Shown here one piece after another: positions 1-20,899 of a stretch of DNA of 64,000 nucleotides. Positions within the stretch are counted from its first letter, which is position 1. The number at the start of each line of letters is the position of its first letter. The position numbers were made by a program, and so were the translations under genes. The notes beneath the pieces are model-generated. The model ran no database searches, was not told where the DNA came from, and saw only the letters and a list, made by a program, of their open reading frames with translations. This DNA comes from the human T2T-CHM13v2.0 reference genome, Homo sapiens, in the NCBI RefSeq assembly GCF_009914755.1, contig NC_060943.1; one strand, 5' to 3'.

Positions 1-1084
1 TGTTGGCCACGCTGGTCTTGGACTCCTGACCTCCAGTGATTCACCCGCCTTGGTCTCCCAATGTGCTGGGATTACAGGCGTGAGCGACTGCGCCTGGCCA
101 ACGTTATTTTATTGTTTTATTTGATTCTTTTATCTTTGTCTCTTTTTCTCTTTCTGTCTTTTTGTGTTTTTTTTTTATTTTTGTATTGATATGCTTTTAA
201 TTTTTTTCTTATTTTCTTTTGTGTATCTAGGCAGGTAGTTTCTTAGTGGTATCTAGGGGATTACATAAAACCTCTAAAAGATCCAACAATATACTTTAAT
301 GCAGTAAAAAATTAACTTCAGTTGCATGCAAACATTCTTCATTACATCTGCCTTCAACTTTGTTATTGATTTTGCTAATTCTACTTATGTTATATATTCA
401 TTAACAGATGTTTATAATAATTCCTCTACTTCCATCTTTTGCATTTTAGAGAATAACTAAAAGTGCTTTCTGTGCCATTATGATAATAAGTAAGGAATTC
501 TATTTTTGTGTATGTGCATATCTTCTCCAGAAAGTTATGTATTTTCATATGATCATGTGTTGTTTTCTTGTATTATGTTATTTTCAGTGGAAGAAACTTC
601 TTTCAGCATCTTTGATAGGTAGGGCATATGCAGTGCCAATATACTTTCTTAGGATTTGGTTATTTTGGAAGGACTCCTTTTTATATGATAGTACAATTTT
701 GCCGATGGTATTATTTTCTGCAAAAATTTTTTTTGATAAATTCACTGGTTATCTTATAAGACTATGCTTATAAATGACACATCATTTTTATCTTGCAGCA
801 CCCAAAATTCTTTTCTTATCTGTGATTTTTGAAATTTTGCTTATAGGTGTGTTTGTGATAAATATCTTTTTGTGTATCCTAGTTTGTTCAGCTTCTTCAT
901 GTTTACATTATTTTTTCTTTTAAGAAATTTTTAAGTTATTTTTATATTTTTTATATCCATAATTTTTGTTTTTTTCTATTTTAATATTTTTTCTTGTTTA
1001 TCCTCATTTTTCTGATCTTCAGTAGTCGTCTGTGTTCCTATTTCACTTACTGAATATCATTCAATTTCTTTTATGTAATTAATT

Positions 1085-2876
<1,792 letters not shown>

Positions 2877-3179
2877 AATTTACTTTTAAAAGCACAATGT
2901 TATACTGGGCAGCAGGAAGAGCTGTGTTGGGTATAACTAACAGAGCTTTCTTTTTCTTCTATGTGGCTATTTGCATTCTGCTCACCTGGAGCCCTTCACA
3001 CACTTAACTCATTTATAAATTTTTTACAATTTTATTTTTGTCACTATGTTTTTGTTACATTTATGTGTCCAGGAAGAAATCAGAACTGGTGGTATTTTGC
3101 TATGTCATCTTGCTTATGTAGTTTGTATAATTTTATAGGTTAGATTTGTAATGTATATTTATCTGAGTCTAGCAATTGA

Positions 3180-5530
<2,351 letters not shown>

Positions 5531-6562
5531 GGGGGTTGTAGTGCCTTTACTTGTGTCACAGATCTTAGTGCACACATGTAGTACTAGAGGAAAACCCTGA
5601 AGCAGTTGCTCAAGCTTTGTTTCAGGGAATCAAGGGAATTTATATTGAGAATAGTACTGCAAATGTAATGAATGGAAAGACTTTTCTTTTCCAAAAATGA
5701 CAGCTTAGAAAACACCAGAGGGTTTATACCAAAATATATTTTTGCAGATGCAGTAAATATCAAAAAATATTTAATTCAAAATTGATTCTATGTAAATATC
5801 AGAGAATTTTCCATAGAATAATTAAGGCACTGACACTTCAGACATTACACTAAATCAGAATGTTCAGTATAAAAACTAATCCACAGCTACAGCTGTTAGA
5901 TAAATTATTTCTATATAATTTTTTAAAAAGTGGATTTTTGAAGCACTGTAATTACATTGAAAGTATACTTGTTTTCTTGAAAAAATTTTTTTGAAAAGTG
6001 AATAATGATATAATACAGCTTTCACATTGCTTTATGCTATTTTATTCCTATTATATTCACATGTGAAAGCATGTGATCAATTGTTGCTGCATTAGAGATA
6101 TTAGAGATTGTTTTTTATTAGTTGGGCATTATGTATGACCTTTTCTATAAAAGAGTAAGGACATTAAAATGTAAGATGCATGATGAAAATATAAGTGGAG
6201 AGGCTCTTTGTAGTTAACTGATATTAAGTAATGTGTAAGGTGGGGGTTCATGTTCTCATTTCTATAATCCTAGCCAATGACTTAATGTTGATGCTTTGAA
6301 TGTCTTTTGGATGGTCTAACCTACATTAACATGTATGCGGAACATCTTAAAACTTTTTTTCAAAAATCATAATGAATTATTTTATTAATAAGCAAAGATA
6401 AAAAATAAGGTGGGGTTTCAGAGTAATGCTTTTCTACATTATAGTGACAGAAAGAAATTATTAATTATAGTTAAAAATATTAAAATACAGCCAGGTATAT
6501 TTATTGGTTTAGACAGGTTTTAATATAATATTTATGGTTCTTTAAATATAAAGTTGTATGGG

Positions 6563-6943
6563 ATGGGTGCAGTGGCTCATGCCTGTAATCCTAGCACTTT
6601 GGGAGGCTGAGGCAGATGGATCACTTGAGGTCAGGAGATCGAGACCAGCCTGACCAACACTGAGAAACCCCACCTCTACTAAAAATACAAAAATTAGCTG
6701 GGCATGATGGCACATGCCTGTAATCCCAGCTATTCAGGAGGCTGAGGCAAGAGAATTGCTTGAACGTGGGAGTTCTCAGATTACAGGTGTGCGCCACCAT
6801 GCCTGGTTAATTTTTGTATTTTTAGTAGAGACGGGGTTTCACCATGTTGGCCAGGCTGGTCCCATACTCCTGACCTGAAGTGATTCGCCCACCTCGGCCT
6901 CCCAAAGTGCTGGGATTACAGGCATAAGCCACCGCACCCTGCC
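6563..6943. mobile_element. Fused inverted Alu pair (+ 6563-6772, - 6778-6943)
   Basis: The plus-strand Alu breaks at cttgaacgtgggag and switches directly to the left arm of a minus-strand Alu. Confidence 0.9.
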
Positions 6944-7294
6944 TATTTTTTTCTTACTGAAATTTATTATTAGTATTTGTGGGTATATTGTATGTGTATA
7001 TATTTATGCCTTATATGGTATATTTTGATTCAGGCATACAATATGTAGAAATTTCATTAGGGTAAATAAGATATCCGTCACCTCTAGCGTTTATCATTTG
7101 TATTACAAACAGTGTAATTATACACTTTTAGTGCATAATTTAATGAAGCAGGTGGATTGCCTGAGGTCAGGAGTTCAAGATCAGCCTGGCCAATATGGTG
7201 AAACCCCGTCTCTACTAAAAATACAAAAATTAGCTGGACGTGGTCGTGCATGCCTGGAGGCTGAGGCAGGAGAATTGCTTGAACCCTGGAGGGA

Positions 7295-9086
7295 CAGTTT
7301 TTTAAATAAGATTAAGGACTGAGGACTGGTTGGGGCTCATAAATGATATGAGTAAAGTGTTAGCTAAAACAGAAGAAAAAGGGGTGCCCAAACAAGTCAC
7401 CTTAAAATTTGATGCCTGTGCTGTCATTAATAGTAATAAGTTAGGAATAAGGTGTGGTTCTCTTAATTAGAAAAGAGGCTATATGGCAGAAAATAAATAC
7501 AACTGTCATAAATTAGCACTGTGTGGAAATAAATGTGAACACTGGTCTTGTGTCATTTAGGCCACTTGGATTAAAAAAAAAAATGAAAAAGATCCATCCC
7601 ACCTTCAGAAAGGAAAAAATGGCCCTTCCTGTACTCAGGGACAATGTAACCCCTTAGAGCTAGTCATAACCAATCCCCTTGATCCTCGCTAGAAAAAAAG
7701 AGGAGCATGTGACCTTAGGAATCGACGGGGCCAGACTGGATCCTCGAGTAAATATCTTGGTTCGAGAAGCTTACAAAGACTCTCCTGAGCCAGTGTTTCA
7801 AACTTTCTATGATGAACTAAATGTGCCAGTACCAGAAATTCCAGGAAAAACAAGAAATTTGTTTTTGCAATTAGCCAAGCATGTAGCCCAGTCTCTCAAT
7901 GTCACTTCATGTTATGTATGTGGAGAAGCTGTAATAAGAGATCAATGGCCATGGGAAGCCTGAGAATTAGTACCTACAGTACCTGATGAATTCCTGGCTC
8001 AAAAGAATCACCCTGATAATTTCTGATCCTAAAAGCCTCAATTATTAAACAATATTGCATAGCTAGAGAAGGAAAAGAATTCACTCACCGCGTAGGATGA
8101 CTTAGTTGTCGGAGACAGAAACTGTATAATGGTACCACAAAAACAATCACTTGGTGGAGTTCAAATCACACAGAGAGAAAATTTAGTAAATTCTCAAAGT
8201 TGCAAACTGGACCCACCTGGAGTCCCACCGGGACTGGACAGCCCCCACTGGATTATACTGGATATGTAGGCATAGAGCTTATGACAGATTACTGACCAGT
8301 AGGCAGGTAGTTGTGTTATTGGCACTATTAAACCATCTTTCTTCCTACTGCCCATAAAAACAGGCAAACTCCTTGGCTTCCCTGTCTACGCTTCCCGCGA
8401 AAAGAGAATCATAGCTATAAGAAATTGAAAAAATGATAAATGGCCCCCTGAGAGAATCATACAATATTATAGGCCTGCTACTTAGGCACAAGATGGCTCA
8501 TGGGGATACCGGACCCCCATTTACATGATCAACCGAATCATATGGTTACAAGCTGTCTTAAAAATAATCACTAATAAAACCAGCAGAGCCTTGACTATTC
8601 TGGCCTGGCAAGAAACTCAGATGAGAAATGCTATATATCAAAATAGATTAGCCCTCGACTACTTGCCAGCAGCTGAATGAGGGGTCTGCAGGAAATTTAA
8701 CCTTACTAATTGCTGCCTACACATAGATAATCAAGGGCCAGTTGTTGAAGACATAGTTAGAGATATGACAAAACTGGCACACGTGCCCATGCAAGTGTGG
8801 CATGGATTTGATCCTGGGGCCATGTTTAGAAAATGGTTCCCAGCGCTAAGAGGATTTAAAACTCTTATAATAAAAGTTATAATAGTAATAGGAATCTGCT
8901 TACTGCTCCCTTGTTTGCTACCTGTACTTCTTCAGATGATAAAAAGCTTCATTGTTACCTTGGTTCACCAAAATGCTTCAGCACAAGTGTAATATATGAA
9001 TCACTATCGATCTGTCTTGCAAGAAAACATAGGTAGTAAAAATAAAAGTGAGAACTCCCACTATTGAGAGTCTCAAAGTGGGGGAA
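7295..9086 (+). mobile_element. ERV1 env remnant, HERV-E/Harlequin-like, 5' part of provirus missing
   Basis: Translates to TLKFDAC, QLAKHVAQSLNVTSCYVCG, furin REKR (about 8396), [12 protein letters not shown] (about 8639), CRKFNLTNCC and a TM helix. Many stops. PPT aaagtgggggaa at 9075-9086. Confidence 0.8.
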
Positions 9087-9548
9087 TAAGGGAGGAGACC
9101 ACCCCTCATATTGTCTTATGCCCAATTTCTGCTTCCAAAGAAAGAAAAAGTAAAAACTAAAAGGCAGAAATGAAATCCACAAGCAGACAGCCCAGCGCCA
9201 CACCCTGGGCCTGGTAGTTAAAGATCAACCCCTGACCTAATCGGTTATGTTATCTACAGATTACAGACATTGTATAGAAATGCACTGTGAAAATCCCTAT
9301 CCTGTTTTGTTCTAATCTAACTACCGGTGCATGCAGCCCCCAGTCATGTACCCCCTGCTTGCTCAATCAATCATGACCCTCTCACACACATCCCCTTAGA
9401 GTTGTGAACCTTTAAAAGGGACAGGAATTGCTCACTTGGGGAGCTCAGCTCTTGAGACAGGAGTCTTGCCAATGCCCCTGGCTGAATAAACCCCTTCCTT
9501 CTTTAACTCGGTGTCTGAGGAGTTTTGTCTGTGGCTCGTCCTGCTACA
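9087..9548 (+). mobile_element. LTR2 (3' LTR of the HERV-E/Harlequin element)
   Basis: Begins taagggaggagaccacccctcatattgtc right after the PPT, contains AATAAA at about 9486, ends ctgctaca. Confidence 0.85.
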
Positions 9549-11869
<2,321 letters not shown>

Positions 11870-12365
11870 TGTAAAATACAATAAAATTCCTCTTCAAAGG
11901 TTTAGTCTTAACTTTCTTGTTCTTTGTTCTCAAACTCAACTTGCTTGTTCTCCATGCCTCCTTGCCCCTAGTTACTGTAACAACCTTCCTTCCCAACAGC
12001 TCTAATCAATAATTCACATCTGTTCCCTTGATTACTCACTCTGCAGCCTTCCCACCCTTCAAAACCACACGTCCCACCACTGTGACTTATACATGCCCCT
12101 TCCCTTCCTTATTTGGAAAAATATTTACAAATAGCCAATCGGGTCAGTTTAGATTGTGGGGTCCGACCCTAGCCCATGGGGGAGTAACACAGAGGAAGAG
12201 ACTTTACGTTAAAAATAAAAACCCCTTCCCTCCTTTGTTCAGGGTGCTCTTGCGATCGTGATTAATGCAAACAAAAACCTTTTGCAGAAGTAAATTGCCT
12301 TACTAAAAAAACTTTTGCCTGAGTACTGGTTTCACTTTGCGACACCAAACACTTTACTTCCAACG
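11870..12365 (+). mobile_element. LTR10-family 3' LTR of the HERV-I-like provirus
   Basis: Starts tgtaaaatacaataaaattcctcttcaaagg after the PPT, has agccaatcgggtcagtttagattgtg, ends tttacttccaac. Confidence 0.78.
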
Positions 12366-12569
12366 GTATTATTAATATGACAACGAAATACTTCTGTTCA
12401 CCTTTTCAATACATTCAAAAAGAGAGAGTAAAAAAGAGAATGTTCCCATGCTCTGGGGTGGACGTGGCTCAGCTCAGAGAGGAAGCCCTGGCTGAAAAGG
12501 CTGCAGCTTAGGCTGTTACTCTTCTTCACTCAGCCCAGCATGTGATCACATCTTCTGTCACTCAGGTCC

Positions 12570-13290
12570 TGAGGGGGCGGGACCTTAAGAATTATCCAAT
12601 CAGGGACGCTGGGCTGGAAACGTCCAATCAGGCAAGCAGCCGGACCGAACAGGGCGGCTTCTGGTTTGGCGGGTCCTTTGTCTCTCGGTGCAGCCGGAGC
12701 TCCAGGTCTCCTCTTCACTACTCTGTGTCCTGTGCTCCTACAGGCCCAGCCTCTGTGGCCCTGTGACCTGCAGGTATTGGGAGATCCACAGCTAAGACAC
12801 CAGGACCCCTGGAAGCCTAGAAATGGTGAGAGTGCCGGTCCGACATCCCAAGCGACGGGGAGGGGCTGGTTGGAACCGGTGGAAAGTGACGGTGGCGGGA
12901 CTCAGGTATCCCCTTAGTCAGCTCCACAATCTGCGCCGGAGTTCTTGCCCAGCTCGGCCTCGGTTCCCTTCAGCCATAAGATGGCGGCTGCGCTTATAGC
13001 GCAGCCCCCAGGCGTCCTGTCTCTTCACTGTGCGGTGACTGTGCCCTGGCTTGGAGCCCTCGCTGGGCAGCTGCGCACCCGCAGAGCCGCTTCTCTCCCA
13101 GATTGTGCAGAGACCACGGGAGAGTCGTCAGGGGAGAATCCTGACTCGGAGTGCGGGTTCACGAATGGGAAGAGCTTTAGTGGGTTGGGTTCACAGTTTC
13201 TCTTTTCTCCTATTAAAAATTTATGGGGCTGGGCAAGGTGGCTCACTCCTGTAATCGCAGCAGTTTGGGAGGCCGAGGCGGGCGGATCAC
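12570..13290 (+). promoter_or_regulatory. ZNF93: ZNF93 CpG-rich promoter/exon 1 region: GC box (about 12573), CCAAT boxes 12596 and 12624, YY1 motif AAGATGGCGGC 12978-12988
   Basis: CpG-rich segment. Motifs read directly. The layout is typical of ZNF91-subfamily promoters preceding an ATG-only first coding exon. Confidence 0.8.
12823..12825 (+). CDS. ZNF93: ZNF93 exon 1 coding part (ATG only)
   Basis: gaagcctagaaATG|gtgaga, with a donor at 12826. Confidence 0.9.
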
Positions 13291-13542
13291 TTGAGGAGTT
13301 GTTAGGGCAGCTAAGTTCCTCTTCAGAGACTCAACTTCCTGGTCATAAGTTGTAAAAATTGTAAATCAACCCTACCCCTTCTTTTTCCCCATTCTCCTTT
13401 TCTCAAAACATCGCGCGTTTACCCTATATGGAAAAAGTTTGTGTCTAGCCCAACCAGGATCAGCTTAGATTGTGCGGTGGGACCTCAGCCAATATGGGAA
13501 GGACACAAAAACCGGAACTGCGTTAGGGTTAAATCCCCTTCC
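13280..13542 (+). mobile_element. Truncated LTR10(B-like) fragment between an Alu left-arm fragment (13226-13279) and an Alu (13543-13831)
   Basis: Starts tgttagggcagctaagttcctcttc and shares gatcagcttagattgtgcgg...agccaat with the LTR10 at 11870-12365. Confidence 0.65.
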
Positions 13543-14449
13543 TGGCCCAGCGCGGTGGCTGATGCCTGTAATCCCAGCACTTTGTGAGGCCGTGGCGGGT
13601 GGATCACAAGGTCAGGAGTTCTAGGCCAGCCTGGCCAACATAGTGAAACCCCGTCTCTACTAAAAATACAAAAATTAGCCGGGATTGGTGGCAGGCGTCT
13701 GTAATCCCAGCTACTTGGGAGGCTGACGCACGAGAATTGCTTGAACCTGGGAGGCGAGGTGCAGTGAGCCGAGAGCTTGCCATTGTACTCCAGCCTTGGT
13801 GACAAAGTGAGACTCCGTCTTAAAAAAAAAATAGACATCTTAAAATTTCCTTCCCTTATGTAAATACTGTGTTTGAGTAATTTCACGGATTTTTCAAACA
13901 CTGAGTTTCAAAAACCAAGTGAATAACTCTGACATGACAAAGCTTGAGCCTAGTGACTCCAAGCTAAGGCTAATATTAAGCCTAAAACAGAAGGTTTTTT
14001 TTTTGGACAGAGTTTTGCGTTTTGCTCTTGTTGCCCAGGTGGAGTACAGTGGCGCAATCATGGCTCACTGAAATCTCCACCTCCTGGGTTCAAGCGATTC
14101 TCCTGCCTCAGCCTCTCAAGTAGCTGGGATTACAGGCATGCACCATCATGCTTGGCTGATTTTGTGTTTTTAGTAGAGACGGGTTTTCTCCATGTTGGTC
14201 AGGCTGGTCTCGAGCTCCCGGCCTCTGGTGATCTGCCTGCCTTGGCCTCCTGAAGTGCTGGGATTACAGGCATGAGCCACAGGGCCCAGCCAACAGGAGT
14301 TTATAAAGTCCTATTTAGCTTTTTCTGGGGAGCCTCCCCTGCAGATGTCCCAGCCTATTCACCGGAGCCATGGAAGGAGGCGTTATTCTGAGAGAAGGTA
14401 CAGAGCCCCAGAAAGCTGGGGCCCCACAAGCAGATGCAGTTAAGGTTAA

Positions 14450-14772
<323 letters not shown>

Positions 14773-15389
14773 TTTGGGAGGATCTTACTGACGATGAAGT
14801 TGTTATTGTTTTGAGGAACATTTTAGACTTTGTAAAATAAAAACGTTAATTTATGTAAAAGATGAATTTCAAAAAAGTATTACAACAGGAGGAAGTACCA
14901 ACTAACTCTAAAATCTTTATGGCTTGCAAAAATGTAGGCAGAAAAGGGCTTTTCTCCCTAGGGAGGAGCAAACAAGATTAGAAAGGAGGTGGGAGGGGAA
15001 TGGCAAATGGAGGGTGAAAAAGTCAGATTTTACATCAGAGAATGTCTTACCCTGAAATCAGCATGTTCTTAGGAGGGATGTAAAGTGGGGCTGTATGTTG
15101 ACTCAGAGTGAGGGTAGCTCAAAGTTCAGGAGCCTGAGGAAGGGAGATAAACCTAAGTAAAGTTTGATTAGGAAATATTTTATTTTAGGCCTGGCCCGGT
15201 GGCTTATGCCTTTGGGAGGCCAGCACTGGGATTACCAGTGCTGGTAATCCCAGCACTTTGGGAGGCCAAGGCGGACAGGTCACGAGGTCAGGAGATCGAG
15301 ACCATCCTGGCCAACGTGGTGAAACTCCATCGTTACTAAAAATACAAAAATTAACTCAGCATGTTGGCGCCCACCTGTATTCCCAGCTA

Positions 15390-15818
<429 letters not shown>

Positions 15819-16949
15819 TTATTTTGACCACCGAAGACAAATACAGCTGATTTTTTTTTTTTTGAATGAGAAATAGGAGAAAATGTGCAGAGTGTGTGTC
15901 TGGCTGTGTGATAGGTAAGAAAAGAGAGCACTAAGTCATAAGGGAAAGAGTTTTTCTATAAACTGTTTCTGGAGCACACAAAGGACGGAGAATTGTATTA
16001 ATCACAAATATTTTCCAGGATTATCTATGTGTTTCATCTTTCCCCATCTCTTTTCTTTGTTCTATGCATTTCTTCCTTTTGGCTTTTCCTGGGCTGCATC
16101 TTATATATGAAACCAGTAAACATAACTACAGTGTTTTGCTGAGTTCTGTGAGTAGCTCTACCAAATTGTTGAGTTTCGTGGAGGTGATAGGAGTCCCCAG
16201 TTTTTAAACAGCAGCTCAGAAGCATAGATGGGCCCATGGGGTTTGTGTCTGGCATCTGCAGTGAGGACAATGTTGTGGAACTGAGCCCTGAATCAGGGTC
16301 TGTGCTGTGTGTGGTGTCAGAATTCAAATGTTAGACAATGAGTTGGTGTTGGAGAATTGTTTGATGTTCAGCAAACTACAGATTTGGTGCCAGAAAAAGG
16401 ATATCATGGAGCCCTAGCCTGGAATAAAACTCTGGGTGTTTGGGAATGGGAGTCTCTGCTCTCCTCTACACAGGCTGTCACGCTGCCCATTGTCCTGAAA
16501 TTCCAGGTCTTCTCCCAGGGTGAGAGATGACTGAAAACTTAGAGAAAATGAGCTCTGATGACAGACTCCCTTTTCTCACAGCTGCCACCACAGGATTCCC
16601 ACCCACTCACAAAAACACACACACTAGACATTGACATGTCCACACTTCTCCCAGAACTATGCACTACCCTCAGGAACCTCACCGTGGCATTTTTGATCTG
16701 TGTTTTTTTCAAAGAATTCACAAGTGTCTACAAGTCTCCTGGCATATCCCCACCCCCAGACACTGAATCTGCAGCAGCAACCTGTTTTCTCCACCAACCT
16801 AGGGTCTGGACCACCTGTTCATAATCTCACCTGCCTGCATTCGCACGGAAACAAATCAGGGTACAGCCCCACTTGGGCCACTATCTGTAGCAAAAATCAG
16901 TCCTTTCACCTACATTGTGCTCTCTCTCACTCAGGGATTTTTTTTTTTC

Positions 16950-18610
16950 TTTTAGCTTTTATTTTTGGTTTGAGGTACCCATGTGGGTTTGTTATACAGC
17001 TGAAATTATGTTATGGGGATTTGGTGTGCAGATTATTTTTTCACTGAGGTACTAAACATAGCACCAAACAGGTATATTTTCTGATCCTCTTACTCCTCCC
17101 ACCCTCCACCCTCAACTAGGCCTCAGTGTCTGTTGTTTTTCTCTTTGTGTTTATGGGTTCTTATTATTTAGCTCTCCCTTGTAAATAACAACATGCATTT
17201 GGTTTTCTATTTCTGCATTAGTTTTCTAAGAATAATGGTCTCCAGCTTCATCAAAGTTATTGCAAAGAACATGATTTTTTTTTAAATGGCCACAGAGTAT
17301 TCCATGATGTTTATGTTCCATATTTTGTTTTTGCTAAATCTTTTATTTTTGGTCTCACTTATGGCCCAGGCTAGAGTGCCATGGCATGCTATTGGCTTAC
17401 TTTAGCCTCAGCCTCCCAGGCTCAAGGAATTCTCTCCTACCTCATCCTCCCAAGTAGCTGAAACTACACATATGCATTACCACACCTGGCCAATTTTTTT
17501 TTTTTCCGTGGAGACAGAATTTTGCCATGTTGCCAGGCTGGTCTCAAACTTCTGAGCTCAGGCAATCCACCAGCCTCAGCCTCCCAAAGTGCTGGGATTA
17601 CAGGCATGAGCCACCGCATCTGACCATACTGTATTTTCTTTATTCATTCTACCATTGATAGGCATTTATGGCCTGTCCATGTCTTTGCTGTTGTGAGTAG
17701 TGCTGCAATGAACATGAATGTGGATGTGTCTTTATAATATAATAATTTATATTTCTTCGGCCTGACAGGGTATATACCCAATTATAAGGTTTCTGGGTCA
17801 AATGATAATTCTGTTACTAGTTCTGTGAGGAATCGCCACACTGCTTTTTACAGTTGTTGAACTAATTTACACTCCCACCAGCGGAGTATAAGCATCTCCT
17901 TTCTCCTTTCTCTGCACCTTGCCAGTATCTGTTACCTTTTGACTTTTTAAAAATAGCCATTCTGACTGGTGTGCGGTGGTATCTCATTGTGGTTTTTCTT
18001 TAATTTCTGTAATGATTAGTGATGAACTTTTTTTTCATATGCTTGTTAGTCACATGTATGCCTGCTTTTGAAAAGCATCTGTTCATGGTTATTTTTGCCT
18101 ACTTTTTAATGAGGTTGTTTGGTTATTCTTGTAAAATTGTTTAAGTTCTTAATAAATTCTGGATATTAGACCTTTGTCAGAGACAAAGTTTGCAAATGTT
18201 TTCCTTTATTTGGTAGGTTGTCTGTTTACTCAGTTTCTTTTGCTGTGAAAACCTCTTTAGTTTAAATAGGTCCCATTTGTCAATTTTTGCTTTTGTTACA
18301 GTTGCTTTTCGTAGCTTCATCATGAAGTCTTTGCCGGTTTCTGTGTCTAGAATGGTATTTCCTAGTTATCTTTCAGGGTTTCTTATAATTTTAAGTTTTT
18401 CATTTAAGTGTTTAATTTGTCCTGAGTTGATTTTTGTATATGATGTAATGAAGGGGTCCAGTTTCAGTCTTCTATATAGTGCTAGGTAGTTATTTGAGCA
18501 CCATTTATGAAATAAGTAATTCTTCCCACATTTCTCTTGTCAGCTTTGGCAAAAATCTGATGGTTGTAGGAGGGTGTCATTATTTCTGGGCTCTCTATTC
18601 TGTCGGTCTT
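16950..18610 (-). mobile_element. Old L1 3' fragment (ORF2 end/3'UTR) with an inserted Alu at about 17340-17625
   Basis: L1-like tgaggaatcgccacactg, ggatattagacctttgtcag and cccatttgtcaatttttgc. Strongly diverged. Confidence 0.75.
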
Positions 18611-18869
18611 GTGCACTCATGGATTTTTTTATAACATCTTTTTCTCTTCTGCTTTTTCCCCCATAAAGATTCTTTCAGGTGCATCTAGTGTGCAAAATTG
18701 AGGTGTCCAAGAGTTCAAAAATTCTTTAAAAAGTTCCCAAAAAAATTTTGCTATTCTCTCTTCTCTTTAGGGATTTAGATTATATATAGATGTTTTTTCT
18801 GCTTTTTAAAACATATATGTAAATCATACTAACAGCTAAATAAACTTTTTGTAATTTTTTCTGACCCCA

Positions 18870-20899
<2,030 letters not shown>

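Noticed and set aside
11930-12100. Possible p53 or AP-1 sites in the LTR10
   Set aside because: Only imperfect isolated half-sites (e.g. atacatgccc); I saw no TGA(C/G)TCA.
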